A stretch of 62,728 nt of DNA, counting the filler, from Basidioascus undulatus (taxonomy: Eukaryota), in assembly GCA_000826855.1 (NCBI GenBank). It is 14 parts of 14 records of this genome, joined end to end, with 100 filler letters (N's around TTAATTAATTAA, not from the genome) between each part and the next. Parts side by side here need not be neighbours in the genome. Positions count along the whole stretch, not along the records: positions 1 to 23,719 come from JTLS01000259.1; positions 23,820 to 26,738 come from JTLS01002592.1; 12 more parts are not named here. One strand, 5' to 3'. Below the pieces are notes generated by a model. The model ran no database searches and was not told the origin of the DNA. It saw only the letters and a list, made by a program, of their open reading frames with translations. The position numbers and the translations under genes are program-made. Below are positions 12,336 to 25,595 of the stretch, one piece after another (positions within the stretch are counted from its first letter, which is position 1; each line of letters starts with the position of its first letter).

Positions 12336-13521
12336 TCAGCAAACATCCATGGATATCAACAGGTGCTGGCCTACCTTCGCGAACTTGTCGCTGCAAGTGA
12401 GGACCAGGCACACGATTGTCAGCCGCGAGAACGGGGGACACTCGCGGGACAGGTCCGCGTACCTCTTGAGCTTCGCGCGCCGATCAAGCATCGCCTCCGC
12501 AAGGCGACCTTCCTTCCTAGCCTTTTTGAGTTCTCGTTCGTCCTCCTGAGACACGATACGACGCCCTGCTCCCCACGTCTGGAACTTGGCACTGCGTAGG
12601 AAGAGCGTTCCCATCAGTGCCCCGAGCCCTTCGCAAATCAGACTCAGGATGAAGACTCACGTTTGATCCACCTCGTTGAGCAGCACGCCTCCGCCCACCC
12701 CCTCTACCGAGCGCTGGTGCGACTCGCGCCCCGCCCTCTCCGCCTGCCGCCTGAACTTCGCCTGGACCTTAACCACCCACGACTCCGCGAACCCGACCGC
12801 CTCGCTGTCCGCGCGAAGGACCAGCCCACCACCCGCGACCTCGTCCATGCCCAGGAACTTGTCGTACACGCTCTGGAACGCGAACGTGCCGTCCGGCTGC
12901 TCGACCGGTGTCCACTCCTCCTGCGGGCCGCGCGCCTCGCGCTCGGCGCTGACAAGCCCGTGCTGGTCGGACGCAAGGAACTTGCCATCCGCGGAGCGCA
13001 GCGTGATCTTCTCGGACCCGCTCAGCCGCGTCGCGACCCAGACTTGGCAGACGTCGTCCGGCTCGTACGATGGAGCCGGCGCATCGGATCCCCCGGCTGG
13101 TGGGGGCGGGAGGAGGGATAGGATGGGCTTGTTCAGGGTCGAGTTGTAGGTGATGACAGAAGGAGGGGAGATGAATTGGATGAAGGTCGGGCCGGTTACG
13201 TGCAACGATTTGAGCGCCGGAACCCACGCTTCAGGTTGAGAGATGGTCAGCTTACAGCGGAGCAACGGTGCAGCGGATGAGCACGTACCGCTCGAGTCAA
13301 GAGAAGCATCGTCCAGATCGTCGTCCTCCGCCTCAGTCTTGACCTTCTTCTTCTTCCTATGCCATCCGAGTGGAACAACTGTCAGCGAGAGTCGCCTTGA
13401 CCAAGACGGGTCTCCAAGCGAGAGCAGCTCGCTCGAGACAAGGAAAGCGATCGACGCACTTCTTAGGTTTGGGGTCGCCCTTAAAATGCAGGCGTTTACT
13501 CTTCTTTGGCGCGTCGGACAT
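12336..13521 (-). CDS. FRG1: FRG1-like protein (fascin-like domain)
   Basis: LHFKGDPKPKK|KKKK N-terminus, LRSADGKFLASDQHGLVSAEREARGPQEEW, and C-terminal ELKKARKEGRLAEAMLDRRAKLK|SDKF. Exact stop uncertain. Confidence 0.9.
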
Positions 13522-13786
13522 GGTGCCCAACGAGGACCGGGTAATGCGGGATCGTCGAGGTGAGGGAAGATGGTCAACCGGCGCGCGGAACATGCGCGCA
13601 CTCCGTCATTTGAGCCGGGCCAGCGCGTTCGTTTTTCTTTCTGTCGAACAACCCGCTGCGAGCTATAGCGGTGACAGACATAAAACTATCGCTTTATAGG
13701 CAATGCTCTAGAATTGTTAAGCACAATCAATACAGAAGATCTGCAAAATATATCGGACTGATCCACCAGCGTGCCGCGTAACGCAA

Positions 13787-16700
13787 TCAAACAGACACAA
13801 CCCGATGAGTCGTCGTGGAATCTTTCTCAACGGACTTCTCGTCCTCGGGGTGGTCAAGACTGGCAGTGTTGGGCTCCCGGTCGTCGTAGATGGTCCCGGG
13901 GACAAAGGTACGACGAGGCGGCCAGAGGTGACTTAAGACCATGTAGACCAGCAGGCAGGAGAAGAACCCGAACTGTTACAGGACCATCAGCTTGCGGAAC
14001 GCGAAGAAGCGGCACGCTGCCCAAAGGCAATGCAACGCACCAGCCAGGCAAAGCTGAAGATATAGACGGCCCCACCAATAGGAATAGAGGCGTTGATCGA
14101 GCTGTCCTCAAGCACCACGTTAGAGACGGGCTGCAAGAACTGGGCTTCAGTGAGAACGTACTGGATGAATCCGGGCATGTTTGGTGAGATGGAAACTATG
14201 AGAGCGACAAGCGCCCGCCAGTTCTTGAAAGGTATTGTCTAGCTGATTGCTTGCGTGTGTCAAGACTGGCCGACTTACGATCCCGTAGCGGTAGCGGTAA
14301 ATGCCGCGGGGGCGGTACATCTCTGGTATGGACACTCGTTGCCGGTGAACAAACCAGAAGTCGCCGATCCTGGAAATGTACGTATGTAAGACTAATCGGA
14401 CCCCGAGAAAACTCTCACATTCACATGATAGCGCAGATCGGCGCCAGTAAAATTGTGTAGTTGCTGCAGAAGCAGTTATTTTCTTTGCTTCGACGCGACC
14501 ACGCTCATAAAAGGGGGCGTGCCTCATGAATGACAAGAACTTCTCCGCAGAAGAAAGTATTTCCTGAACCGGGCATTTGTGAGTACGGAAATGGGAAAAC
14601 CGCGACAAGCACGCGTACCCAAGGACACAGTGCCCATCCACCGAGAACGGCAGCAAGGACCTGTCCTCTACCTGTGCGCCTCCCGTCCTGTACCACGTGA
14701 GTAGCCTGATCGAAAGTAACAATGAATATTTCGCCACAGACGCACGCAGGTTGAAGTATTGCGGGAACATGGAGACGAAGTCGTTTCCTGCAGGTCAAGG
14801 TAGAGTCAACCGCCGAAGTGTGGGACTACGCAGCTAGACTTTGGCTAACCAGCGGAGATGCTGTTCGCCGAAATGTTTGTGCCCAAGGTCTGTTGATTCG
14901 CGAACCGATGAGTCGAGTCCATGGGGTGGAGTCCGCTAACGGACAGCAAGGCTGAATGCGAAACCGCAAAAGAACTTGGGAGCGCGGTCGAACTGCGAGA
15001 TCAGGGCCGGCGGCTCCTATAGCAGCGTGCCGTACACTTGCTGACCGGCGGAGGTACACACCTGGATGGTAAAAAAGAGTCAGCCTACCGTGACATCCGC
15101 AGTAGTAGACCTATTTGTGAAATCACTGACGATGCCGATGTAGGCGAAAACACTGAAGAGAACCGGAATGACGAGGACTTGAATCATCTGGGCTCGCGCA
15201 TTCTTTGCGAAACCTAAAGGAGAGACAAGGGTCTGAATCTCTTTGTGAAACAAGCACACGAAGTAGACGCTCACGGGTGAAGTCGGCTGCCGTGCGGAAC
15301 GACGGCACGTTTGAGGTCAACAATCGTGTGAACGAGCTGCAGCAAGAGATGACCCACGGATGTTAACGCTGAGTGTCTGAAGAGCGCAGTTCAATTAGTA
15401 GGCTGAAGTTGATAAGAGTCACCCTGACAGCATACCGCGTAGTTGCCTTGCAAAAAGCGGCGTCGTCAATATTCGAAGGTTACCATTGGGCTGCAGGGCT
15501 CACCAATAACCGAATTCATGCCCTTTTACGCGGCTATCAGCCATAAGCGTAGTTTTTATTGGCCTTTTTTGCACTTACCGCCAGGAAAGCCCAAGCCTGA
15601 GCCGAACTGCTGACCTTTGGTTTGGTGTCAAAAACGGGGCCACCACTTGGGCCAACGCGGACTGTGTTAAAGGTGTAAGCGCTCAGACTTACCCTTGAGC
15701 CCAGCTGTGGCTTGAACATACCGTAGGCCCAAATGAACATCGAGAGTGCGCAAATGGGCACTACGATGGCCTTGAAAGCGAAGAGGTATCGGATGCCTGA
15801 CACCAACCGTTGCGATCAGCTTGTTTTCTGGGCCATTGCCCGCAAGATGCGCTCACGATGCATATCCACGAGCAACAGAGGCAGCTGTACCAGCCAGTAG
15901 AGGCTTCAAAAGAACGTTTTTTTTTAAGTTTAGACCCTCCAGACAGAGGATGGAGAAAACCCACAAATACGCGGTCATCTGCGCTGTCGTGGCGTGCGCA
16001 GATACAGGCAACCTGTTGGGGATTTTGGCGAAGGACGGCCAAATAGCCTCCAGCATGACCGCCATGCACAGGCCCCCAGTCCAAGTCTGAATGCCGAACC
16101 TGCATGCGGGTTCCAGTTCGACTCTCAGCCGTCGCCGTACTGTTGGGGTGGAGGAAGCTTACCAGAAGCATGCGAGGACGCAGCGTGACACGACTGCGAA
16201 GTAGGAGAGCCAAAAGCCAAAAGAAGAGCGGGCGAGTACTGGGAATGGGATGTGCAGGAGTGCGCCAGTCTGAAGGGGATCCACATTAGCGGCCCGGATA
16301 AGAAGCTGAGTATGTCGACATGTCGGATGAAGAGCGCACCGTGCCGTTGGCGGTAATCGCGATTCTGAGGTCTTGAGATAAGTCTATGTATGTACCCGTT
16401 CAAAGCTGATATTACGGACCCAATAATCAAGTTTCCGATTGCGATAGCAATGATAGCTTGCTGTCAACGGCCGTGGTTCAGTGCATCCGCGAAAGCGGGC
16501 AAGCAAGAACAGTTTAGCTCACCTTCCAGTCCAACCCAGACACAATGAGGGACGAAGCCATTGTCCATGTTGTCACTGGAAGGTATCTCTTCGTCAGCCC
16601 TACAAAACGCAAACACATAAAGTGCTCTGACTGTGGCGGGCCATAAGAGCCAGACGTCTCCTGCCCGCCACGCAGCCGGCGTTTCTGCCTGCAAACTATG

Positions 16701-17039
16701 CTTACCATTCCACGCATCACTGCACCAATCTGGTATAGCCCCGAACGTCTATGAGCACTCAGAACACGAACCCCCAAGTTGCGTAACGCCCACTCACAGC
16801 TGACAATGTTGAGCATGGTCCAGGAACGCTTGTTCTTCGACACCGGATCCATGTCTGCCACCAGCCATTGACCCACCATTCGTTATGGTCCGTCCTTCAT
16901 GAGATCAGAGCATATCCCATCACCTACCTTTGTTGGACCACAACGAGCTCGGTGCAAACGTCGACGGCTCGGGTTCGAGTTTCCATCCTTCCAGCGTCCG
17001 GTACTTTGCGAAGTCCTTTTGTGGAAGACGGAGTCTCAT
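13787..17039 (-). CDS. NCS1-family nucleobase permease (Fur4/Dal4-like), many small exons
   Basis: [96 protein letters not shown]. Confidence 0.9.
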
Positions 17040-18298
17040 GACGCGAGCTCGAGCGAGAGGTCAGAGTGGCAAGGAAGGCGAAGGGAACGTGAACGGCAGT
17101 ATAGCAAGGTGGCTAGAAGATGATGGCGGGAAGTGAGATTGAGGCCGTCTTATCGGAATCTGGCATGGTCGCTGTCTCCCGTGCACATCCTGAATGTAGC
17201 AGTGCTGCGAGTCCGAATTCAGGACATCGTACAGGCTTCAGCCTATCACAATGAACGGTTCTTCCCTGAATCCCTACAGTAACGGCTAACGGGACAGGGA
17301 GTGCCGCAAACACCGGGCGTACGTAACGAGATAAGAGCGCACCCCAGAGTGTGCTTCCGCTGTCTCCTCTTGTGCTGCTTGTGCTACCAGACCTGCCCCT
17401 ACCCACGTAGTTCCAGCCTATAAGTTATCTTTCAAGTTTTCAGCGTATGCCGATGAAATCAGAGACCAATGGGGCGATGGTCGTTTCCCGCTTCATCGAG
17501 TTATTGCGACAAGCCCTTGTTCAGCTTCATGTGTTACTGAAAGCCCTACAAATTGGGTATAGAGTGGAATGAGCTGAGCAGCCGTCTATCATTCAATGTC
17601 CTGCCTTGTATCTGCCATTTCTAGCCCCTCTTCTGGGCCTCTCGTCCGCCACTTGGTAGCTCAACATGTCGGAAGGCGTCGTTAGGCTAGTGTGCTGTAT
17701 ACAACTTTCTGGTGAGCTTGTCTCTATAAGCGTATATCCCACCTTATGCCACCTCTGGGACAAAGGCTCGTGGCCGTTGAGCGCCACTACCGTGAAATGT
17801 ATCGCCTCCGTGACCACGCTCTTCACGGTCGTATAAGTTGATCACGAGGCCTGGGATCGATAGAAAGGAAAGACATTTCGAAACAAAGTTTGCTACAACT
17901 TGTCCCGGTCTTCTCAGGTAAGCCGAATTGCAGGGCAGGTTGTTGTCGGTGTCAACATCATTCTCTCATGACACTTTCCCCCTGGCAACACTATGTTGTG
18001 CCTGTGCCCTCAGGGTCACCCACATGACTTAGTCTCCTTTGTAAGCATCAGAGTTTGGTGAAACCGAAAAGGCGGTTAGTCGCAGGTCATTGACTGCAAA
18101 GTTGCGGTCCCCCTCAGTTACGATACTGGTTCATCCCCGAAGTATCTTCGTAGACGTGTTGTGGCTGTTTGATGACTGCGGTGGGCCGAGTATATACAGC
18201 GCAACGGAACAATTTCAAGAAGCCGATATTCCACGGCATACCATCGCCATGATAATAGTGAACGAGCGAAATAAGGGCATACACAATAAATCTAGGGT

Positions 18299-19252
18299 CC
18301 TAATTCGACAACTCGGCCTCGGAGATGACCTTGGCGTGCTCCTGCTGGGCAAGCTGCTCGGCATGGTCCCGGATTGCCTGACAGACCTCCTCAGCGACCT
18401 CAACGGGAGGGAACGTCTTCTGCATACCCAGCGTCGACTCAGCGGGGCCGGTTAAAGAGCGAACGATGACTCACCACGAAGAGCTTCATTCCAAGGCCTT
18501 TACATTGCTCTGCAGTTACCGACCCAGCCGGCAAGTGCACCTCCGCCGGCGGGCCGGAGGTCACGCCCCGAATATCGCACAGCAACAGCCTTCGCTGGTC
18601 AATTGGCGTAGAGCTCGGCGCGTACGATCGGCGAGGACGGAAGCAAAACAATCGAGTGACTTTGGACCTCTAGCTCCCCGGAATAGAGCTCAAAAGGAAA
18701 AGGTCTGGTGGGTCGGTAAGGATCAGCTAGGAGAGCGTCGGATGGCCGCGACACATGGCCGTTGGTCGAGATATCTTCACTTTTGCGGGCAAAACCTCTG
18801 CGTATGGACATCCAAAGAAGGAGGAGAGCTGAAATGGATATAGCTCGATCCCATGACCGAAGAGTCTCTGGAAGGTAATCCTGCAGGGAGCGGGATGAGC
18901 GATCAATGAATCAGCGTGTGCGTGTCAGACAGGCGCCACATACATCCTTCAGACCGAGAAGCTCGACAGGACCCCACAACACAATGAGCCCAAAGAGAGC
19001 GACAGCATCGATGATGTACCGAACTGCCGCGGAACGGGGCTGCAGTGGACTCGGCTGCTCTGTCGCGTACGTGAATCTTTGCGTGCCCTCCTTCTCGAAG
19101 GACGAGTGAAGGCGCGGGTGCGTCGGGAGCGGAGTACGGTCACCACGAAACCAGGGGGTAAGCGTGGTGAGGGAAACGCCAAAGCCGGACATGGTGCTGA
19201 GGAGTAGAGCGTGGATGCAGACGAAAGGAGCGATGGCTGTCGAGAGATCCAT
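18299..19252 (-). CDS. Hypothetical multi-exon membrane protein (possibly degenerate)
   Basis: Protein-like exons with hydrophobic segments (YIIDAVALFGLIVLWGPVELLGLK; AISISALLLLWMSI) and a terminal exon ...EVAEEVCQAIRDHAEQLAQQEH...*. Frame continuity not verified. Confidence 0.3.
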
Positions 19253-21457
19253 GCGGTCGTGTGCGCACAGTTGCATCGTTACTCGTCAGTACTGTAACAG
19301 CCCTTCAGCATGAATGGCATGCGAGCTCAAAAGCTTGAAGAGGTTGACTGTAAAGTGTACAAGCGACCCTTCGGAAGTCAAAAGAAAGGAGGCGAAGTCG
19401 GTGGCACGGGATTGTTCGGTTGTGAAAAACTTGAATGTGGCTGCGGGATGTCTTCACCTCCCATGAACAGTTTCTGATTATCATGATCAACGTGTCACCG
19501 GAAACCTGGCAGTCTCATGAATTGTAACAATGGGCAACACGGACCGCTTTGTTGCAAGCTCTGCAGAGCTTTCAACTCTCCGGATTCGCTGCTGTAAACT
19601 GTCTTGCCCGTGAAAAGTAGACATTCCGACGCCTCCAGTCCCGCTCCATCGTTGAATGGAGCTGTCACCTGACGACACAGTGGTCTTTATCAATTTTGCG
19701 AAGGCAATTACTGCAACATGTATGTAAGGCGCATCCAAGTCCGGCTGACCGCCTGCGGTGACCATCTCAGCATCCATCCCCATCCCTCAAAGGCTAAGGT
19801 CGGCACAGGAGCTGGCACCCGATGGGCCGGAGCTGCCTGCGAAGCCTGTGGTACAGCGACGGAGGATGCGTCAGCCGCTGTCTTGAGTAGGCACCGTCGC
19901 GGCGGTCTGTCGATGCGCGAAAGTCTTGTCAGCTACAGCTATGGTGTCATCCAGTAACTCAAGGAAAACAGGCGCACCACCCCACCTGTAGCCGCTTCTT
20001 GCGAGGCGCGGCCCACGCTCCGTGCGCCCGATTGCGCAGCGTTCAGGCCGACGAGGACGTTGAACGTCGCGTCCGTCAGAGCCTGGTCGCCGGGCGGAGA
20101 ACCCGTTGGAACTAAATCAGAGTCGCGAGCGCTAGGTCGACCCCGCTGGTCACGGCGATCTTGTCTGCGGCGCTCGGGAGCGTGGCGGCGTTGAGGGCGG
20201 CTTGGGCCGAGGCGACGCGGTCGAGAAGTGGACTGAGCTCGGTCAAGCTGGGAAGGAGACACTGGTTAAAGAGTTACTTACGTTCAGGGTTAGACCAAAA
20301 TCGTGGGCGAAGAAAGGTGCCGGGTGAAAACGCACCCAGCCCGAAGGACCTCCTGCCATTTCTGTCGCGGCAAAATCCAAACCGGCTGAAACCTCGCCCG
20401 GAGCGAGCCTTCCAGAAGAGACAGAGCACATCAGCTTCAGTCTTTCTCACTTCCAGAGCCTCTGCGTGGAACATACACGAGGGGATCCCCAAGGGCTTGA
20501 CCTTGCGCTATGGCAGCCGGCAGGCCGGTGCATTTTCAGTTCAACTTCCCCATCCATCCGAGACCGAAAAAAGTGCATGGAAGACTCACCTCGCCTGCGG
20601 ACAGAAGCAAATCGCAGCTTCGATCGGACGGCCCCGGCTTTAGGCGTTTCCGCTGAGGAGGAGGAGCGCGCGACGATGAGAAGGAAGTTGAGCAAGTGCA
20701 TTATGTCGGAACGTCGATATCGTAGATTGCGCTCGGACGGCGAGATGAGAAACGTGAAAAAGCCTGTGCGGAACGAAGCACAAGAAAAGCTGATGGCAAG
20801 AGGCAGCCCCGAGTGATTGCGAAAGATAGTGGCAGACATGGCAGACCCTGCAGGTGGACAGCTTAGCTGACACAAACGCGATGAAGATCCTCGTAAAAAG
20901 GACGCTGTCGCAGTATCCTCGCTTGCCGCTGGATGAAATATAAATTCAAGTGTTAAAAGCTTCGCGTATATAGCGCAGCAGAGGCGGTATTGCAGTCGGT
21001 CTAGGTGGGACGGAGCTGTCCGGCCATGAAGCCTCAATATGCGAGATGCAACCGATCTGCCATGCCAGGCGTACGAGACGCACTACCGGAAAGTGTGCGT
21101 GCTACCAGCGAGACGCCCCCTTCAACCCTTTCTCAACATAGAAAGAGAGCGACAATTGATGGAGCGCGAGAATAAATCAGACTGCTTTGTGCGACGATGC
21201 GACGATGCGGGGTGGTTCCGATGCGGTGCATATGCGTGAACGCGGAGTGGGATGCGAGTGCGATGGTTAGAGGGAAGGGATGATGGTGATGGAGGAAGGG
21301 GAAATGGGGAGTTTAAGTATTAATGCGAGCGGTGATAGACCGATGCGTGAACAAGTAGCGATGGGAGAATGAGCGAAATGTCCAGCCGAAGAGAGAGGAA
21401 GAGACGGAAAGAGGAAGAGGTGCCCGTCCACTGCCTTCCGTTCATTTCGGCTGGGCA

Positions 21458-23719
21458 TCACTCAGGCTGAGCGACCCGAGCGAGAGCGACTTTGCCATGA
21501 ACGACGCCGACGCGCGGTTTGGCGTGGGCGAGTCGTACCCTGCCTGGCTCTGCTGGACGAACCGGGAACACCGAATGAACATCAGCACCAGCGGCGCGGC
21601 AAGGGAGAAAAGAAGGGAAGTAAGAACGCACCTCCTCATCGATTTCCATCTCCACATCCTCGTCCCCCTCGCCCCCCACAGTGCCGAACACACGCGCCCT
21701 CTTCCTGCTACTGCGCACGCCCACCGGCGTGGGGATCCGCCTGTGCGGGCTGCGGCTGACGGGCGTGCCGCCCAGGACGCGCGGGCTGCCGACGTCCTCC
21801 ACCCAGGACATATTTGAGGACAGGCTCGTGTCGAGCGCGAAGGAGAAGGGCGTCGAGAGCGCCGCAGCTTTCTCGGGGCTCATGTGGATGTCGACGCGGG
21901 CGCCGGGGGGGCCGGGCGTCTGCTGCTGCTGGTGGTGCGGCGAGGGAGAACCGTCGAGCATCATGAGCCCGATGGGGACGCCGCGCGGGGGGAACTTGGG
22001 CGTGGGCGATTCCGGGGCGGAGGGGAGCGTTGTGGAGCGGACCAGCGGGGGCTTCCGCCCGCCTGGGGACTTGCGGAAGGGCGGGATAACAGCGGGCGCG
22101 TTCTCGTTCGTTGGCGGGAAGGGGCGACGCGATGAGGTCGACCCGCCCCGGCGAGGGCTGCGGTGCACGAGGGCGGAGGCGCTGCGGCGGGGGGGGGGCG
22201 AGGAGGGAGGCGCAACGGGGTGAGGCGCGAGAGGGGCGGTCGAGAGGGGCACGCCTTGCTGCGGGTGGTGGTAGGCGAGCGGCTGCTGCTGGGGAAGGCC
22301 GGCGAACGCGCCGGCGGACGGGTGGGTGTGCTGCGCGTGGGCGGCAGCGGCGGCCCTGAAGACCTTCGCTGAGTGGTCGACCTCGATGATGCGGCCGTTG
22401 ATGGCGCGGCCGTTGAGCGCGAAGATCGCGTTCTCCGCGTCGGAGGGGAGCTGGAATGTCACCATACCCGCGGCGGGGAGGCCGTCGGGTGCGCGGTAGA
22501 GGCTCGCGCGGATGCTGCCCACGGGCCCGACCTGATGGAAGAGCCACTCGAGCTGGATGTCGGTCTGGAAGACCTCGGCGGGGAGGTTTTTGATGATGAG
22601 CGTGATCTAACGGGAAGGCGGGTCAGAGCCGAGGTTGGGAAAGCTACGATCTTAGAGGAAGGCAGAAGACGTACCGGGGCAACAGCCGCGACTGCCTCCT
22701 TGGACGCGGAAGGCTGAAGCAGCGGCGACGACGACGGCCCCGCCGGCTCCGCACCCGCTCCGCCCATTGCGACGGGCGCGCTGCTTCGGCGCATGCCCGC
22801 GAACGAGTCCGCGCGGGGGTTGAGCATGCTCTCGGGCGTGCTGACATGGCGCGGGCCGAGCGACCCGCCGGCGAAGCTGCGCTTGCTCGTCGGGTGGAAT
22901 GGCGCCGCGTAGGGGTTAAAGCGCGAGCGGGAGGGCGAGGACGGGTCTGCGCCTGCAACGGCGGGTGTTGCGGCGTTCGAGAGGTAGTACGGCACGCCGC
23001 CGGCGTTGCCGTGCCATGCGTCGGCGGTGTTGAGCGGGGAGGACGTCGAAACGGACGTGAGCTTCTCGCGCGAGCCGCGCCGCGAGATGACGGGGATGCG
23101 CTGCTTCATTCTGCAATACATCAACATCAAGGAGCGTCAGTTGGAGCTGGAGGCTATGACTAAAAGAAGAAATTGAAGGAAGAAGACGCACGGTCTACTA
23201 GGGAAGCGTCCCGCATCGTCCATGGGCCCTCCGGACCTCTGCACGAGCGCGTACGAGACCTCGATGATGTATGATCTGCAGATGCCAGCCAAGAAGATGT
23301 CAGCACGACAGTCACTCGCAGCACGGCCAAGCGACAAAAAGCGGCGACGCACTTGACGGCCGTGCCAGTCAGGCCCTTAATCGCCGCCGCGGCCTGCTCA
23401 GGCGTCGCCATGTCGCTGTTCTCCTCCTCCGTCAACCCGCATCCCAAAACCCGGCTGTATGCGTCCTAGAACAACTCACATAAACCCCCTCCTCCTCGAG
23501 TACGTGTCGCTCATGCTGCGCCACCACACCACCACCGCATGAGCACCGCCGCCCGTCCTCGCATTCTTGAAAGAAAAGAAGAAACGCACGCGAGGATGAC
23601 AGCGTGCGTGACCTCCCCAAACGGCTCGAACAGCTCGCGGAACTCCTCCGTCGTGAACTGCATCGGGAGGTTGAGCGCGTACAGGTTCTTGCGGTTGCGC
23701 GGCTCGTCGTCAAGCGCGG
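21458..23719 (-). CDS. Multi-RRM RNA-binding protein, 5' end cut by the contig break
   Basis: RRM NLYALNLPMQFTTEEFRELFEPFGEVTHAVIL...RRRGF...IEVSYALVQRS, and a second RRM TLIIKNLP...GMVTFQLPSDAENAIFALNGRAINGRIIEV. Confidence 0.85.
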
Positions 23720-23819
23720 NNNNNNNNNNNNNNNNNNNNNNNNNNNNNNNNNNNNNNNNNNNNTTAATTAATTAANNNNNNNNNNNNNNNNNNNNNNNNN
23801 NNNNNNNNNNNNNNNNNNN
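23720..23819. other. Artificial contig linker (N44-TTAATTAATTAA-N44), first of 13
   Basis: Identical 100-nt linkers start at 23720, 26739, 29755, 32771, 35781, 38790, 41796, 44799, 47793, 50784, 53773, 56761 and 59749. The 12-mer places stop codons in all six frames. Confidence 0.98.
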
Positions 23820-24299
23820 GGAAGGTGAGGGGAGGGAGGTGAAGGGGGAGGTGGTAGAGCGTGGGTGGGACTTCTTCGGTGGAGGGAGAGAGGAGATGGG
23901 GATCGAGGGAGGGTTGGGACGAGCATGGACGAGCATCGTACTGTGTAGGAAGTCGGCGTGGAGAGAGTCTGACCGCAAATACATATGTACTACTTCGCCT
24001 GTTCGGTTGCTCGATGCGGATGGGTTTGGGAACACTCGGTGCTTTGCGCTTGGATACTCGCCAAGTTAGCGAAAGAGCGTCGAGTCCGCGCATGCCATCT
24101 CCGGGTGCTAGTACAGTACTTCAAACGCAGATGTGCGTTGCGGGCCGCCCTGCCCCCTGCTTCTCGGATTAAGACTCTCTGCTGCTACTTATATGCTAAG
24201 TACTGAGCAGTGACTCCGCATTGCCCTGTGCAGGCATGGCGGAACAAGGGAAGAAGACCTTTCAAGGGACTAGGTGAAAAGCGCAGCTGGCGGCAGGAG

Positions 24300-25140
24300 G
24301 CCTGAATGTTTTGCATTGAATTTGCCTTTATCACTGCATATATTGTCTTGCTGAATTTTTTTAAACCGTTAAAAAGCCAGGATGTTTGACCAAGGCTGCT
24401 GATTCACTGGGAGTTATGTGGGGACAGACAGCCTTTCTAAACCACAGATCTAAACCACAGACACACCATGTCTGAACTGCAGACAAGCCAGATTTGAGGG
24501 TCAGCCAAGCCATGTCTGAGGATGCATGTGTATACTTCTCCACACATGTGTCTATTTCCCAGATATGTGTCCTTTGTCCCTAGACAAATGTCCATTTAGC
24601 CAGACATGCCTTGTCTGCATCTCCAGACACATGTCTATTTCTCCAGACACATGTCTATTTTCCCAGACATGTGTCTATCTGGCCTGAGATAGCCTGTCTG
24701 GAATTCCAAACCCATGTCCATTTTGACAGACACATGTCTATCCTGCCAGACATAACCTGTCTGTGATTCCAGGCACAGGTCTGGTCGAGTGGTCTGGTCT
24801 GGCAGTCTGGTCTGGTCTGATGGTCTCATCTGATGGTCTGGTCAAGTCTGGTGGTCCGGTCTGTTGGTCTCGTCTATTGTCTTGTCTGACAATCTTGTCT
24901 GACCATCTGGGTCTGACAGTCTGGTATGTTGGAAGTTTCAGACCTGCATCTGGTCTGGCAACTTCGACCTACATCTGAGAGGGAAGATCTGGTCTGGTCA
25001 GTGCCTGAACAAAAAATTGTCCTTGTTAGAAACCACTTGGACAACAAAGTGTCACTGACAAATTTCTATCAGTGACTGAAAAGTGATTGAAAAGTGAAAA
25101 AAGTGTCCTAGACACATATTTGTGACTGACAGAAAACTGT
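24300..25140. repeat. CpG-depleted repeat island: ~13 tandem 20-23-nt palindromic units plus a GTCTG-rich tract; probable transposon-derived sequence
   Basis: Units such as CCAGACACATGTCTATTTCT, CCAGACATGTGTCTATCTGG and ACAGACACATGTCTATCCTG at ~24520-24785, then GGTCTGGTCTG-type repeats to ~25000. Very few CG dinucleotides compared with the flanks. Confidence 0.75.
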
Positions 25141-25595
25141 CCTGCTGAGGCAGGAGACCTTCTGCTGTGTGCGTAACATGACAATATCCGCACTTTTGAA
25201 CACAGGGGACAAGCTGATCAGTATCCACTAGATCCAAATCCCTGAACGGGGGACAAGGGAACTCAGCCGTGTTCATTCCCAAGAAGCCAGCCTCGCCTGG
25301 TCGCTGTCCTCCACGTCAAGCTCTTGTCAACGTTCTCGGTTCCCCTCCTACACTACACAGTTCTTCTTTCATTTCCCCTCTTTCCCTCTGACCCATATCC
25401 ACCTCCCTGATGTGTGCTCCTTCCCCCGTCAGTACCCACCCATCCCTCGACGAGCGACAGTGCAAGACTCTCTCAAAGCCTCCCTCCCCATGAATGTCGA
25501 CACAACTCCACAGCAGCCTACTCAATACCAACAATCCATCCAATGTGAAATGTGAAATATGACAAAAGTCGAATGAGCCCCTTCCATCCCTTGCC

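Noticed and set aside
8669..17039. Pyrimidine-salvage cluster (HAD phosphatase plus NCS1 permease)
   Set aside because: The genes are separated by two unrelated genes, their substrates are unproven, and no other pathway genes are nearby.
19780..20816. Possible transcription-factor remnants (RRRMRQPLS; RRKLSKCIMSERRYR)
   Set aside because: No complete Zn2Cys6 or bHLH motif could be assembled.
24520..24785. CRISPR-like array
   Set aside because: The units are contiguous and degenerate, with no unique spacers and no cas genes, in a eukaryotic context.
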